A DNA stretch of 64,000 nucleotides from an uncultured Acidobacteriota bacterium (GCA_963843575.1 CAWJKZ010000025.1:32001-96000), one strand, 5' to 3'. Counted from the first letter of the stretch, positions 11,298 through 21,946 are shown. Numbers and translations: made by a program. Notes: generated by a model not told the origin, from the letters alone.

Positions 11298-13007
11298 ATG
11301 AGCACGAATAGCATCGGTTATCCTGAGGGGACACAAGCCTCTCCCCTGCCGCACAGCCGGACGTCGGGGCAGCACTTCCGCCGGCCGCAGGAGAGACCGT
11401 TCAGCGCGGTCGAGCGCGAGACGACCACGATCCTGATGGGCGGCCTCACGCGCAAGCACGACAAGTTCATCGAGGCCGTCTTCCACGGCTCCGGGTACAA
11501 GTGCCGGGCGCTCCCCACACCGGACCAGGCTGCGTTCCACGTCGGCAAAGAGTACGGCAACAACGGGCAGTGCAGCCCGGCCTATTTCACCTGCGGGAGC
11601 CTGATCCAGTATCTCCGCGAGATGGAGCTGGCCGGAATGTCCCGGCAGGAGATCGTGGACCGCTTCGTGTTTTTCACGGCCGGTTCCTGCGGCCCCTGCC
11701 GCTTCAGCACCTACGCCGCCGAGTACCGGCTCTCGCTGCGCAACGCCGGTTTCGACGGCTTCCGCGTGATCCGCTTCCAGCAGGATCACGGCGTGCGCCA
11801 GAGGACAGAGGAGCCAGGCCTCAAGTACACGATCGACCTGGGTTTCGGGATGCTCAAGGCGCTCTACGTGGGGGACGTGCTGAACGATCTCACCCACAAC
11901 ATCCGACCCTTCGAAGTCAATCCCGGAGAGACCGACAAGGTCATGGACGAGTGCGTGCGGGACATCTGCGAACACCTCAGCACGTTCAAACCGGTCGAGT
12001 TCCGCGAACGCGCACCCGGTTGGCTGGTCAGGAGCCTCTCCGGCAACAAGATCATGAACAACACGGCGATCGTCCTCTACAAATTGAGGGAGCACCTGAA
12101 AGGGGACGAGTTCCTGGGCCTACTTGAACGCTGCCGCAAGCGGATCGACGGCATCGAGGTCGACCGCATGCGCGTGAAGCCTGTCGTGAAGATCATCGGG
12201 GAGTTCTGGGCGCAGACCACGGAAGGGGACGGCAACTACCGGATGTTCGAGTTCCTGGAGCGCGAGGGCGCGCACGTGCAACCCGAGGCCCTCGGCACCT
12301 GGATCAAGTACCTGCTGACTCACGCCCGCATGGTGATGCACCCGCACCGCGGCATGGACGAGAACTACCAGGAACCCCTGCCCGGCGAATGGCGAAAGCG
12401 GGTGCGCAACGAACTCCGTTTCCAGAAGCAGCGCATGCTGCTGGGAACCGGCGAACTGATGTACACCGGGCTCTACCACAAGGTGGTGGACCGTCTCGGA
12501 GGCATGGCGCATCGTCTGGTCAGCCAGTACGAGCTGGCGCGCCTGGCCGACCCCTTTTACGATCCGCTTGCCCGGGGGGGCGAAGGGTACCTGGAGGTGG
12601 GTAAGAACATCTATTACCACGCCCACAAGCTCTGCCACATGGTGCTCAGCCTGAAGCCGTTCGGCTGCATGCCCTCGTCTCAGTCCGACGGCATCCAGTC
12701 GGCCGTGATAAACCGGTTTCGCGACATGATCTTCCTCCCGATCGAGACTTCCGGCGAAGGTGAGGTCAACGCGCACAGCCGCGTCCAGATGGCTCTTGGG
12801 GAAGCCAAGACCAAGGCCAAGGCGGAGTTCCAGGAAGCGCTTGCCAGGAGCGGGAAGAAGCCCGAGGAGCTCAGGGAGTTCGTGGCGCGCCACCCGGCCC
12901 TGCGCCGGCCGATGTACAAGGTCCCGCACCATCCCGGGGTCGCAGGCAATGCCGCCAATTTCGTGCTCCACGTGAGCGACATCATGTCCGGGCGCGCGCG
13001 CCTGTGA
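11298..13007 (+). CDS. 2-hydroxyacyl-CoA dehydratase activator-associated Fe-S protein
   Basis: GKEYGNNGQCSPAYF, AGSCGPCRF, GGEGYLEVGK, LKPFGCMPS motifs; adjacent to the activase gene; start chosen at ATG 11298. Confidence 0.75.
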   Translation: MSTNSIGYPEGTQASPLPHSRTSGQHFRRPQERPFSAVERETTTILMGGLTRKHDKFIEAVFHGSGYKCRALPTPDQAAFHVGKEYGNNGQCSPAYFTCGSLIQYLREMELAGMSRQEIVDRFVFFTAGSCGPCRFSTYAAEYRLSLRNAGFDGFRVIRFQQDHGVRQRTEEPGLKYTIDLGFGMLKALYVGDVLNDLTHNIRPFEVNPGETDKVMDECVRDICEHLSTFKPVEFRERAPGWLVRSLSGNKIMNNTAIVLYKLREHLKGDEFLGLLERCRKRIDGIEVDRMRVKPVVKIIGEFWAQTTEGDGNYRMFEFLEREGAHVQPEALGTWIKYLLTHARMVMHPHRGMDENYQEPLPGEWRKRVRNELRFQKQRMLLGTGELMYTGLYHKVVDRLGGMAHRLVSQYELARLADPFYDPLARGGEGYLEVGKNIYYHAHKLCHMVLSLKPFGCMPSSQSDGIQSAVINRFRDMIFLPIETSGEGEVNAHSRVQMALGEAKTKAKAEFQEALARSGKKPEELREFVARHPALRRPMYKVPHHPGVAGNAANFVLHVSDIMSGRARL

Positions 13008-13016
13008 AGCCAATTT

Positions 13017-13124
13017 AAGTGGGTCCGGGCTTCAGCCCGGACGCCGTTTGCGGTCGCTATAGCGTGCGCCCGTCGCCACATAGATCAGATCAAGAGACCT
13101 CCGGGCTGAAGCCCGGACCCACTT
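13017..13124. repeat. REP-like family A doublet (MITE-free 'empty' site)
   Basis: AAGTGGGTCCGGGCTTCAGCCCGGAC ... TCCGGGCTGAAGCCCGGACCCACTT as inverted pair; inverted copy at 20245-20354. Confidence 0.85.
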
Positions 13125-13156
13125 GGCGTTATTTGGCGTTGTAGGGAGGGGTCGAT

Positions 13157-16100
13157 TTGTTCGGAAGAGACGATCTTGACTTGCGTTACCGTGTCGGTGT
13201 GGACGTCGGGTCGACCACCGTTAAGGCGGTCGTCGTGGACACCTCGACGGACACCGTCGTGTGGCGCGATTACCGCCGCCACGACACGCGCCAGGCGGAC
13301 ATGCTGCTCGACTTCCTGCGCCGGATGGAGCGGGAGGCGGGGATCGACACCGGCAATAGCCGCATCTTCATGACGGGCACCGGGGGCAACACCCTCGCCG
13401 ACCTCGTCGGCGCCAAGTTCGTCCAGGAAGTCCTGGCCGCCTCGCTTACGGTGGAGAGGCTGTGCCCCGAGGCTTCGGCCATCGTGGAGATCGGAGGGCA
13501 GGACGCCAAGATCGTCGTGCTGCGCAAGGACCCGGAGTCGGGACGCATCAAAAAGATCCCGTCGATGAACGACAAGTGCGCCGGCGGGACCGGGGCAGTG
13601 ATCGACAAAATCAGCGCCAAGCTGGGCATCCCGCAGCAGTCGCTGTCGCAGCTGCACTACAGCGGTATCCGGGTGCACGCGGTCGCTGGCAAATGCGGGG
13701 TCTTCGCGGAAACGGACATCAACAGCCTCCAGAAACAGGGGATTCCACCCGAAGAGCTCATGGCCTCGCTCTTCGACGCCTTCGTTCTCCAAAACCTGAA
13801 GGTCCTCGCCCGGGGCCACACGCTCATGCCCGAGGTCATACTGCTCGGCGGGCCGAACGCCTTCATTCCGGGGATGCGCGAGGCCTGGCAGCACAATATC
13901 GCGCTCATGTGGGAGGAACGGGGTGTCAAACTGCCCGGGCAGACCAGCCGCGAGAGCGTCATCCGGGCGCCCGAGCACGCGGAGTATTACGGCGCCATGG
14001 GCGCCGCGGAATACGGCAAGGAAGAGGAGCTCGGAGTGGGCAGGTATCGCGGCACGTCGCAGCTCGAGTTTTTCGTGGGCGGCGGCCGCATCGCGGGACG
14101 CGGGCCGAGCGGAGTCCCGGGGCTGGTCGCCTCCGAGGAGGAGGTTGAGGCCTTTCTGAAGGCCTACGCTCCGCCGCGCTTCGTCCCCCCGAGGCTGCGG
14201 CCGGGCGCCACCGTGTCCGGGTACATCGGTGTCGACGGCGGTTCCACGTCGACCAAGGCGGTGCTCGTCTCCGAGGACGGGGACGTCATGGCGAAGGCCT
14301 ACCAGCTGTCGAAGGGCAATCCCATCCAAGACACCGTCGAGATCCTCGAGAAGCTGCGGGCCCAGGTCGAGTCGCAGGGCGCCGGGATCGAGGTGCTCGG
14401 CGTCGCGACCACCGGGTATGCCAAGGACACCCTGAGGGACGTCATATGCGCCGACGTCGCCCTGGTCGAGACCGTGGCGCACGCCAAGTCCGCCCTGCAC
14501 TACTACGAGGCCCCGGACGCGATCGTAGACGTGGGCGGCCAGGACATCAAGCTGATCATCCTGAAGGACGGGCGCGTCAAGGACTTCAAGCTGAACACCC
14601 AGTGCTCTGCCGGAAACGGCTACTTCCTGCAGGCGATCGCGGAAGGTTTCGGCCTGAAAGTCGAGCAGTTCGCGGACATGGCGTTCACCGCGCGTTCGAT
14701 GCCCGTGTTCCCCTACGGGTGCGCCGTTTTCCTGCAGGCGGACATCGCCAGCTTCCAGGGCCAGGGGTGGAAACCCCATGAGATCCTGGCGGGGCTCGCC
14801 GCGGTCCTGCCCAAGAACGTGTGGTTGTACATCGCGAAGATCCCGAACCTCCCCGAACTCGGCACGCGTTTCATCCTGCAGGGCGGCACGCAGAACAACC
14901 TTGCGGCTGTGAAAGCCCAGGTGGATTTCATCCGCTCCCGTTTCAAGGGTTCGGGCCGCATGCCCGAGATCACGGTCCACAAGCACAGCGGCGAGGCGGG
15001 GGCGATCGGTGCCGCGTTCGAGGCGATGCGCCTGCACCGGCTGGGGCGCGAGACCACGTTCATCGGCCTCAACGCCGTGCGCCACATCCAGTACCGGACG
15101 ACAGTCGGGGAGGAGACCCGCTGCGATTTCTGCAAGAACAACTGCGTTCGGACGTTTATCGACATCTGCAGCGAGGACGAGCCCGCAGTCGCTGCCCCGG
15201 CCGCGCCGGCCCCCAACCAGCCAGGCGTGCCGCTGAGGCCTGGTGAGCGGCGGCTGATCATCGCGACCTGCGAGAAGGGAGCCGTCGAGGACGTCTCGGC
15301 CATGAGAGTTATCCAGGCCGGACTCAATGCCGCCCGCGAAGCCAATCCCAACCTGGTGGAGTACGCCGGGCGAGAGGTGTGGCGCGTGCACGCGCAATCG
15401 GTCGTGGCGGACACCGTCCCCAAGTGGGCGCTGACCAGGGAAGCGCGCCGGCGCCGCGTGAGCATGCTGCGCCGCGACCGGATAAGGATCGGCATTCCGC
15501 GCGTGATGGCGATGTACTCGTTCGCGCCCTTATTCACCGCCTACTTCGAGAGCTTGGGCATCCCCGGCGGCAACATCGTCTTTTCCGATAACACCAGCGA
15601 GGAGATGTACCGCTTGGGGGCCAAGCGCGGCTCGATCGACCCATGTTACCCTTCCAAGCTGGCGCTGGCGCACGTGCACAACCTGCTCTTCGTCAAGCAC
15701 CGTCGGAAGCCGATTGACTGCATCTTCTTCCCGATGTTCGACGTGCTGCGCTCGCCCCTCGTCAACCTGCGCGCCACCAACGCCTGTCCGACCACCTCCC
15801 TGACCCCCGAGGTGGTAAAGGCCGCGTTCACGAAAGAACTCGACCTCTTCAAGGAAAACGGGGTTGCGTACGTGCGACCTCTGCTCGACGTGTCGAAGCC
15901 GCAATTGCTGGCGCGGCAGCTGTTCGGCGCGTGGCGGCCGATTCTCGGGCTGTCGCGCGAGGAGAACGCCCGTGCCGTCGAGGCCGGATTCGAGGCCCTG
16001 AACCGATACGAGTCCCTGTTGCGCCGCAAGGCCCGCGCGGAACTCGACCGCCTCGAGCGGGAAGGCGAGGTCGGCATCGTCTTCCTCGGCCGCCCCTACC

Positions 16101-16576
16101 ATCACGACCCCGGCATTAACCAGGGGATCCCGGAGGAACTGCAGAAGCGCGGCTACACGATCTTTTCGCAAAGCACCCTGCCCCTGGACGAAGACCTCCT
16201 GCACGAATTGTTCGGGGAGGAGGTCTCGCAGGGCGTCATCACACACCCGCTCGACATCGGCGACGTCTGGAAGCACACCTTCTCGGCCAGCAGCGCCAAC
16301 AAGCTGTGGGCGGCCAAGTTCACGGCGCGGCACCCCAACCTCGTGGCGGTCGAGCTGTCCAACTTCAAGTGCGGCCACGACGCGCCGATCTACTCGACGG
16401 TGGAAAAGATCGTGGAGTACTCGGGAACACCCTATTTCGCCTTCAAGGACATAGACGAGAACAAGCCGACCGGGTCCATCAAGCTGCGTGTGGAGACCAT
16501 CGACTACTTCCTCAAGGAGCTCAAGGCCAAGCTCGCCGCCTCCCGGGACGAGCGTGTCCTCTCCAGGGGAGCGTGA
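13157..16576 (+). CDS. CoA-substrate-specific enzyme activase (two BadF/BadG/BcrA/BcrD ATPase domains plus DUF2229-like region)
   Basis: GVDVGSTTVK, EIGGQDAK, MNDKCAGGTG, second GVDGGSTSTK, DVGGQDIK, LNTQCSAGNG, CDFCKNNC, SNFKCGHD. Confidence 0.88.
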   Translation: MFGRDDLDLRYRVGVDVGSTTVKAVVVDTSTDTVVWRDYRRHDTRQADMLLDFLRRMEREAGIDTGNSRIFMTGTGGNTLADLVGAKFVQEVLAASLTVERLCPEASAIVEIGGQDAKIVVLRKDPESGRIKKIPSMNDKCAGGTGAVIDKISAKLGIPQQSLSQLHYSGIRVHAVAGKCGVFAETDINSLQKQGIPPEELMASLFDAFVLQNLKVLARGHTLMPEVILLGGPNAFIPGMREAWQHNIALMWEERGVKLPGQTSRESVIRAPEHAEYYGAMGAAEYGKEEELGVGRYRGTSQLEFFVGGGRIAGRGPSGVPGLVASEEEVEAFLKAYAPPRFVPPRLRPGATVSGYIGVDGGSTSTKAVLVSEDGDVMAKAYQLSKGNPIQDTVEILEKLRAQVESQGAGIEVLGVATTGYAKDTLRDVICADVALVETVAHAKSALHYYEAPDAIVDVGGQDIKLIILKDGRVKDFKLNTQCSAGNGYFLQAIAEGFGLKVEQFADMAFTARSMPVFPYGCAVFLQADIASFQGQGWKPHEILAGLAAVLPKNVWLYIAKIPNLPELGTRFILQGGTQNNLAAVKAQVDFIRSRFKGSGRMPEITVHKHSGEAGAIGAAFEAMRLHRLGRETTFIGLNAVRHIQYRTTVGEETRCDFCKNNCVRTFIDICSEDEPAVAAPAAPAPNQPGVPLRPGERRLIIATCEKGAVEDVSAMRVIQAGLNAAREANPNLVEYAGREVWRVHAQSVVADTVPKWALTREARRRRVSMLRRDRIRIGIPRVMAMYSFAPLFTAYFESLGIPGGNIVFSDNTSEEMYRLGAKRGSIDPCYPSKLALAHVHNLLFVKHRRKPIDCIFFPMFDVLRSPLVNLRATNACPTTSLTPEVVKAAFTKELDLFKENGVAYVRPLLDVSKPQLLARQLFGAWRPILGLSREENARAVEAGFEALNRYESLLRRKARAELDRLEREGEVGIVFLGRPYHHDPGINQGIPEELQKRGYTIFSQSTLPLDEDLLHELFGEEVSQGVITHPLDIGDVWKHTFSASSANKLWAAKFTARHPNLVAVELSNFKCGHDAPIYSTVEKIVEYSGTPYFAFKDIDENKPTGSIKLRVETIDYFLKELKAKLAASRDERVLSRGA

Positions 16577-16654
16577 GCCGCAGGAAGCTGAAACCTTTTG
16601 AGGGTCCTGTCGTCTTTATAAGTCTGTATTCAGCTTCAAAGGAGTACCAGTCGG

Positions 16655-17287
16655 ATGTCTGTAACCTCTTTGCGGTCGCTCTGTGCCATCGCCGTGTCTT
16701 TTGTCGTGGCCATGCTGCTCCGGCCCGGGGCGGCAGAAAGTGCCGACGCCGTTCGCATCGGCGTCGATAATTTCGGGCAGATCAACAGCAATTATTACCG
16801 GGGTGCGCAGCCTGACCGGGGCGACTTCAATGACTTGAAACGCCTCGGGATAAAGACCGTCATCGACCTGCAGGAAAAAGGGGAGCGCGACGAACCCGAA
16901 TGGGTCCGCACCGCCGGGATGCAGTTTTTCAACCTGCGCCTCTCCAGCACGCGCCCAGCCTCCGCGGCCGAGACGGAGTATTTCCTGAAGCTGGTCAACG
17001 ATCCGGCAAACTGGCCCGTCTTCGTGCACTGCGCCGGGGGTCGGCACCGGACCGGCGAGATGACGGCCATCTACCGCATCAGCCACGACGGCTGGACCGC
17101 CGATAAGGCCTACCAGGAGATGAAGAGGTTTAAGTACTACTCGTTTGGCGGACACGGGTCCCTCAAGGACCACGTCTACGGCTACTACCGGGATTACCAG
17201 ACGGCCCTGCAGAGCCCCGGCGTGCTCACGGGGATGCAGCCCCCGACCGTTCCCGCTACCAGGGAAGCCGTCGGAGCCTCTCGATAA
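16655..17287 (+). CDS. Exported protein-tyrosine/dual-specificity-type phosphatase
   Basis: Signal peptide, YRGAQP, GIKTVIDL, P-loop VHCAGGRHRTG (CX5R). Confidence 0.85.
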   Translation: MSVTSLRSLCAIAVSFVVAMLLRPGAAESADAVRIGVDNFGQINSNYYRGAQPDRGDFNDLKRLGIKTVIDLQEKGERDEPEWVRTAGMQFFNLRLSSTRPASAAETEYFLKLVNDPANWPVFVHCAGGRHRTGEMTAIYRISHDGWTADKAYQEMKRFKYYSFGGHGSLKDHVYGYYRDYQTALQSPGVLTGMQPPTVPATREAVGASR

Positions 17288-18329
17288 TCGCGTCCGTAAC
17301 CTCCCGGGTGCCGCACTTGCCCCCGAAGTCAGGGGTGAGTGCCCGGCCATCTTCCAGGACGTCCTCCGTGGCGGTCATCAGGCGCGCGCCGCTATCTCCG
17401 AACCCCAGATGGTCGAGCATCATGGCGGACGACCAAATTTGCCCGATGGGGTTGGCGACCCCTTTGCCGGCGATGTCCGGGGCCGACCCGTGCACGGGTT
17501 CGAACATCGACGGATATTTCCGTTCCGGGTTGATGTTGGCCGACGGGGCGATCCCTATACCCCCGATGATTGCCGCCCCCAGATCGGTGAGGATGTCGCC
17601 GAAGAGGTTCGACGCCACGACGACGTCGAATTCAGCGGGTTTCAGTACGAAAAAGGCGCTCAGGGCGTCGATGTGGACCAGGCGGCGTTCCACGAGCGGG
17701 AACTCCGCCTCGCCGATTTCGTTGAAGATCTCGTCCCAGAACGGCATGGTCCAATTGATGCCGTTGGACTTGGTTGCCCCGCACAGCCTGCGCCGGGGGG
17801 ACTTTTCCGCGAGCCGGTAGGCGTGGCGGATGATGCGTTCCGTCCCGACCCGCGTGAACACGGTGTTCTGCACCGCGATCTCGTGCGGGAAGCCGGTGTG
17901 GATCCGCCCGCCGATGCTTGAGTATTCCCCCTCGGAGTTCTCCCGGATCACGACGAAATCGATCCTGCCGGGATCGCGCAGCGGCCCGGCGACCCCCCGC
18001 AGTTTCCGGACAGGGCGCATGTTCACGTATTGCTCGAAACCCCGACGGATCGGGAGGAGCAGTCCCCAGAGGGAAACGTGGTCGGGCACCCCCGGATACC
18101 CTACCGCCCCGAGCAGGATCGCGTCGAAACCGCTCAGCGTCTTCAGGAATCCTTCCGGCGCCATCGCGCCGTGTTCCGCGTAATAGCGGCAGCCCCAGGG
18201 GAACTCTGTGAACTGGAAACCGAACCTGCCGTCCAGGCGGCTGATCTCCTCCAGGACACGCCTGGACTCCGCAACCACTTCGATCCCGATACCGTCCCCG
18301 GGAATCACGGCGATAGAGAAACTCTGCAT
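17256..18329 (-). CDS. Tartrate dehydrogenase/decarboxylase (D-malate dehydrogenase; IDH/IPMDH family)
   Basis: IAVIPGDGIGIEV, PDHVSLWGLLLPIRR, RENSEGEYS, ATKSNGI..MPFWD, FEPVHGSAPDIAGKGVANP; ATG at 18329 with AGGAGG RBS. Confidence 0.9.
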   Translation of the reverse strand: MQSFSIAVIPGDGIGIEVVAESRRVLEEISRLDGRFGFQFTEFPWGCRYYAEHGAMAPEGFLKTLSGFDAILLGAVGYPGVPDHVSLWGLLLPIRRGFEQYVNMRPVRKLRGVAGPLRDPGRIDFVVIRENSEGEYSSIGGRIHTGFPHEIAVQNTVFTRVGTERIIRHAYRLAEKSPRRRLCGATKSNGINWTMPFWDEIFNEIGEAEFPLVERRLVHIDALSAFFVLKPAEFDVVVASNLFGDILTDLGAAIIGGIGIAPSANINPERKYPSMFEPVHGSAPDIAGKGVANPIGQIWSSAMMLDHLGFGDSGARLMTATEDVLEDGRALTPDFGGKCGTREVTDAIIERLRRLPW

Positions 18330-18357
18330 GACGCACCACCTCCTTTGCGGACGTTCA

Positions 18358-18535
18358 GCCGCCGCACTCCAAATCGTCTGGAGTGCGGCGCCTCGGCGAC
18401 GCTTTCGCTTACACTCGAAGGCCGCAATCCCCGGCGCCTCGGCGCCACACCGAAATCGCGCGCCTCGGCGGCGGCTTACTGTGCGACGTCGACGTGCGGC
18501 GGCGCCGAGGCGCCGCCGACAAAGCGGCGTCCAGC
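18358..18535. repeat. REP-like family B cluster
   Basis: GCCGCACTCCA...TGGAGTGCGGC hairpin plus GGCGCCTCGGCGCC palindromes. Confidence 0.7.
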
Positions 18536-18758
18536 CCGGTACTTTACACGGATCTTCGAGCGTATGAGTGACAAAAGCCGGGGAAGAGCGGCCGGCCGCC
18601 CAGGTGAGCCGGAAACGGAGGGGGTAACAAGGGCCGCGTCGAGCCGCCGCGGCCCACTCGGCCACTCCAGAAACTTGCGGGAGGTCGGCGTGAACAGTGG
18701 TAATTTGTAGTGCCCGCGCAGGCGCGGGTTTACCCCGGAATCCAGGAGCACAACCGAC

Positions 18759-20222
18759 ATGATCGACCCGGCGCAGGAACGGCAGGGTATTCCGACCGGG
18801 GCGGCGCCCGCCGGCAGGACCGGCTTATTCTGGCGCGCGCTGGTGGTCGTCGCGTTGCCGGTTGCGCTCTGGTGGGTTCCTCCGCCCGGCAGCCTGTCGA
18901 CCTCGGCGATGCACCTTTCGGCGATCTTTCTCGGTACGATACTGGGGCTGGTGCTGCAACCCCTGCCGCAGGGGGCGGTCGTGATTGTGGCGGTTTCGGC
19001 GGCGTCCCTCACGGGAGCCCTGTCGCCCGCAGACGCCCTCTCCGGGTACGCCGACTCCACCGTGTGGCTGATCGTGACGGCATTTATCCTGGCCCGGGGC
19101 TTCATCCACACCGGTCTCGGGCGCCGCATCGCGTATCACATGGTGCGGAGATTCGGCCGCAGCACGCTGGGGCTCGGCTATGCGCTCACGGCCGCCGACC
19201 TGATCATCGCGCCGGCGACGCCCTCGAACACGGCGCGAGCCGGCGGCATCCTCTTCCCTGTCGTGAAATCCCTGGCGCTGTGCCTGGGGTCGGAACCGGG
19301 CCCGACCGCACGGCGGGCCGGGGCCTTCCTGATGTTCAACGAGTTCCAGACGAACCTCGTCACCTCGGCGCTGTTTCTCACGGCCGTGGCGCCCAACGCG
19401 ATGATCACGAAACTCGCCAAAGACACTTTCGGGTTCGGCATCACGTGGCTCGGATGGGTGTGGGCGGCCCTCCTCCCCGCCGCTGTATCGCTGGTCCTCC
19501 TGCCAGGCCTGATTTACCGGTGGCTGCGCCCGGAACTCCGCCGCGCAGACGAAGCGGCGGCCCTGGCACGCAAGGAACTGGCATCCATGGGGCCGATGAG
19601 CCGGGGGGAACGCCGCATGATGGGGGTTTTTCTGTCGACCCTGGCGCTTTGGGCGACGGGGCAGTGGACGGGCATCAACGCCACATCGGTGGCGCTGGCC
19701 GGAGTCAGCGCCCTCGTCGTGCTGCGGGTGATCGACTGGGAGGACGTGGTCCACGAGCGCGGCGCCTGGGACGCGCTGGTCTGGTTCGGCGGCCTGGTGT
19801 CGCTCGCCGCTGGTCTGGCCAAGCTGGGGGTGATAGGACTCCTGGCGTCGACGCTCAAGGGCTGGCTGGGCGGCGTGCACTCCTGGGAACTGGGTTTTGT
19901 GCTCCTCGTGATCGCTTACATCTATTCCCACTACCTGATCGCGTCGATGACCGCCCACGCGACCGCGCTGTACGTCCCGCTCGCTCTCGTCGGCATCACC
20001 CTGGGAGCTCCTCCCGCGCTGGTGCTCCTGGTCCTCGGGTTCATGAACAGCCTCAACGCCGCGATGACGACCTATGGCACGGGGCCGGCTCCCATCTACT
20101 ACGGCGCGGGCTACGTCGACCCGTCGACGTGGTGGAGGCTGGGGCTGTACGTCAGCCTCGTCAATCTGGCGGTCTGGCTCGGTGTGGGCGGGTTGTGGTG
20201 GAAGCTCATCGGGCTATGGTAG
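18759..20222 (+). CDS. DASS family dicarboxylate (tartrate/malate/2-oxoglutarate) transporter
   Basis: TGLGRRIAY, PATPSNTARAGG, SALFLTAVAPN, AWDALVWFG, YGTGPAPIYYGAGY; divergent from the tartrate dehydrogenase gene. Confidence 0.9.
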   Translation: MIDPAQERQGIPTGAAPAGRTGLFWRALVVVALPVALWWVPPPGSLSTSAMHLSAIFLGTILGLVLQPLPQGAVVIVAVSAASLTGALSPADALSGYADSTVWLIVTAFILARGFIHTGLGRRIAYHMVRRFGRSTLGLGYALTAADLIIAPATPSNTARAGGILFPVVKSLALCLGSEPGPTARRAGAFLMFNEFQTNLVTSALFLTAVAPNAMITKLAKDTFGFGITWLGWVWAALLPAAVSLVLLPGLIYRWLRPELRRADEAAALARKELASMGPMSRGERRMMGVFLSTLALWATGQWTGINATSVALAGVSALVVLRVIDWEDVVHERGAWDALVWFGGLVSLAAGLAKLGVIGLLASTLKGWLGGVHSWELGFVLLVIAYIYSHYLIASMTAHATALYVPLALVGITLGAPPALVLLVLGFMNSLNAAMTTYGTGPAPIYYGAGYVDPSTWWRLGLYVSLVNLAVWLGVGGLWWKLIGLW

Positions 20223-20244
20223 CAGGTTTCCCCCGCCCAACAGG

Positions 20245-20410
20245 CACGTGGGTCCGGGCTTCATCCCGGACGTCTTTCGATCGGATCTATGTGGCGACGG
20301 GCGCACGTCATGGCGACCGCACACAGCGTCCGGGCTGAAGCCCGGACCCACGTGTATCTTGTTTGGATCGGGCAGATCAACCGTTGGACAGCCTCTTCAG
20401 CCCGGACGCA
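20245..20410. repeat. REP-A doublet followed by a solo MITE right end inserted at CTTCAG of a further REP-A
   Basis: 20245-20354 is an inverted copy of 13017-13124; TCAACCGTTGGACAGCCT (20377-20394) is followed by CTTCAG-CCCGGAC. Confidence 0.8.
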
Positions 20411-20440
20411 GTTTGCGGTCGCTATTGAGGGCTCTTGCGG

Positions 20441-21718
20441 TCAGGAGGTCGTTGCGGCCAGGGCGGAGCTGAGGTACTCCCGCTCCTGCTCCCCGGTCCA
20501 TCCCTGGACCGTCAGGATGTCTTTTGTGCGCCTGTGGGGGTAGACCACGGCCTTGCCGTCGATTTCCCTCGCGATGATCATGCGCAGGAAGTCGGTGGCG
20601 TGCTCGAGATCCCCGATGCGCGTGATGTGCGCCGCAGTGTCGATGCGTCCTTTGGCCATAAGGTCGAGCGTGTGGGCGATGTCCCAGGGGGATCCTCCGC
20701 TCGACCCGGTCACGTTGATTTCCCGGTAGTGCACGATTCCTGTGTCGAGCGCGACGATGTCCTCCCCTTTTTTGAGGCCGCCGAAGAGATTCAGGACGGC
20801 GCCGCGCCCCGTGAGCTGCTGCGCCGGCTCGATGGCCTGCTTCGCCCCCACCGCAACGATGACGTCGTCCGCCCCCGCGTTACCCGTCAACTCGTCCAGG
20901 GTGGCGGCGAGGCTTTCCGTCATGGGATCCACGATCCTCAGGATGATGCCCGCGGCCGAGGCCCGCCGGCCGAACAGCTCCTCGACCTGCCGGCAGCGCG
21001 CCGGCACGCACTCGGACACGACGATTGCCCGCGGGGTGTAGCTGAGGGCCAGATCGACGTGCATGCGCCCCATGGCCCCGGCCCCAAGGATGACGGTTAC
21101 CCCGCCCCGCTTCAGCCCGTTGACCGAATGTCGGGGGCCGCTGGGGTCGGGCTGCACCAGGTGCATGTGGTGATCTTGCGCCGATATCACGCACGAAAAC
21201 GGCTCGCTCATGGCGGCGTGGGCGCTCGGGAAGTCCCGGCCGGGGATCGGGAGAAGGCACCCCGCCTCGAGCACCTCCTCGGTTATGAGGATGTATTCGG
21301 CGAGGTGGCCCGGGAGCGTGTAGCCCACCGAGACTTTCTGGATACCCCGGGCCTCGTCGCGGTAGCGCTCACGGTGGTTGACCGGCGCGTGGTCCACGGC
21401 CGGCTGAACGACATAGCGGTCCCCGGTCCGGTAGCGGTCGCGCAGCGCGGTGCCGACTTCCACCAGGGTGACGGCGCCTTCGTCGCCCAGGATCAACGGC
21501 CATTTCCCGAGGTCCCAGCCGTGGATCTGCTTGTGGTCGGGACCCTGCTCCACGAGCTTGATCAGCGACGTGCAGATACCCGCGGCGTCCACGCGTCCCA
21601 GCAGTTGGTGCGGACCCGGCCGCGGCACGGGCACCCGCCGGATCGCGAGGTGGCCAAAGCCCACGCCGTCCAGCACCAGTGCGCGCATCGTATCGGGGAA
21701 TCCGTTACCTGTCGTCAT
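20441..21718 (-). CDS. Zinc-binding medium-chain dehydrogenase (sorbose-1-phosphate reductase-like)
   Basis: AAGICTS, LILGDEG (GHE variant), EPFSCV, GAGAMG Rossmann motif, HYREINVTGSSGG. Confidence 0.8.
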   Translation of the reverse strand: MTTGNGFPDTMRALVLDGVGFGHLAIRRVPVPRPGPHQLLGRVDAAGICTSLIKLVEQGPDHKQIHGWDLGKWPLILGDEGAVTLVEVGTALRDRYRTGDRYVVQPAVDHAPVNHRERYRDEARGIQKVSVGYTLPGHLAEYILITEEVLEAGCLLPIPGRDFPSAHAAMSEPFSCVISAQDHHMHLVQPDPSGPRHSVNGLKRGGVTVILGAGAMGRMHVDLALSYTPRAIVVSECVPARCRQVEELFGRRASAAGIILRIVDPMTESLAATLDELTGNAGADDVIVAVGAKQAIEPAQQLTGRGAVLNLFGGLKKGEDIVALDTGIVHYREINVTGSSGGSPWDIAHTLDLMAKGRIDTAAHITRIGDLEHATDFLRMIIAREIDGKAVVYPHRRTKDILTVQGWTGEQEREYLSSALAATTS

Positions 21719-21946
21719 GGCCACTCCTCGGTAAAACCGTATCGACCAACTGTAGGGGCAGTGGGGCGAGGGGTCAAGCGGCAAAGCCCACGCGCCCTCG
21801 CTGCCCAGCCTGTACTCTCAGGAGGCGCGCCTCCGCAGCCCACCTCCGGCTCGTCCCCGGCCATTGAGTGCACGATCAAAAAAAACACCGCCCTCTGCCG
21901 ATTGGTGGAATACTACGGCTTCCGGAACCCCAGAAGGAGGGGAGGC

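Noticed and set aside
13085-15397. Long antisense ORFs (also 2676-4265, 30224-32299, 34588-36162, 53784-56357 and others)
   Set aside because: Shadow ORFs opposite motif-bearing genes, expected in high-GC DNA; no recognisable motifs.
20435-21946. 826-aa ORF as one fused protein
   Set aside because: Only the part from ATG 21947 (RBS, Tat signal) is a nucleoside hydrolase; the rest is antisense to the dehydrogenase gene.
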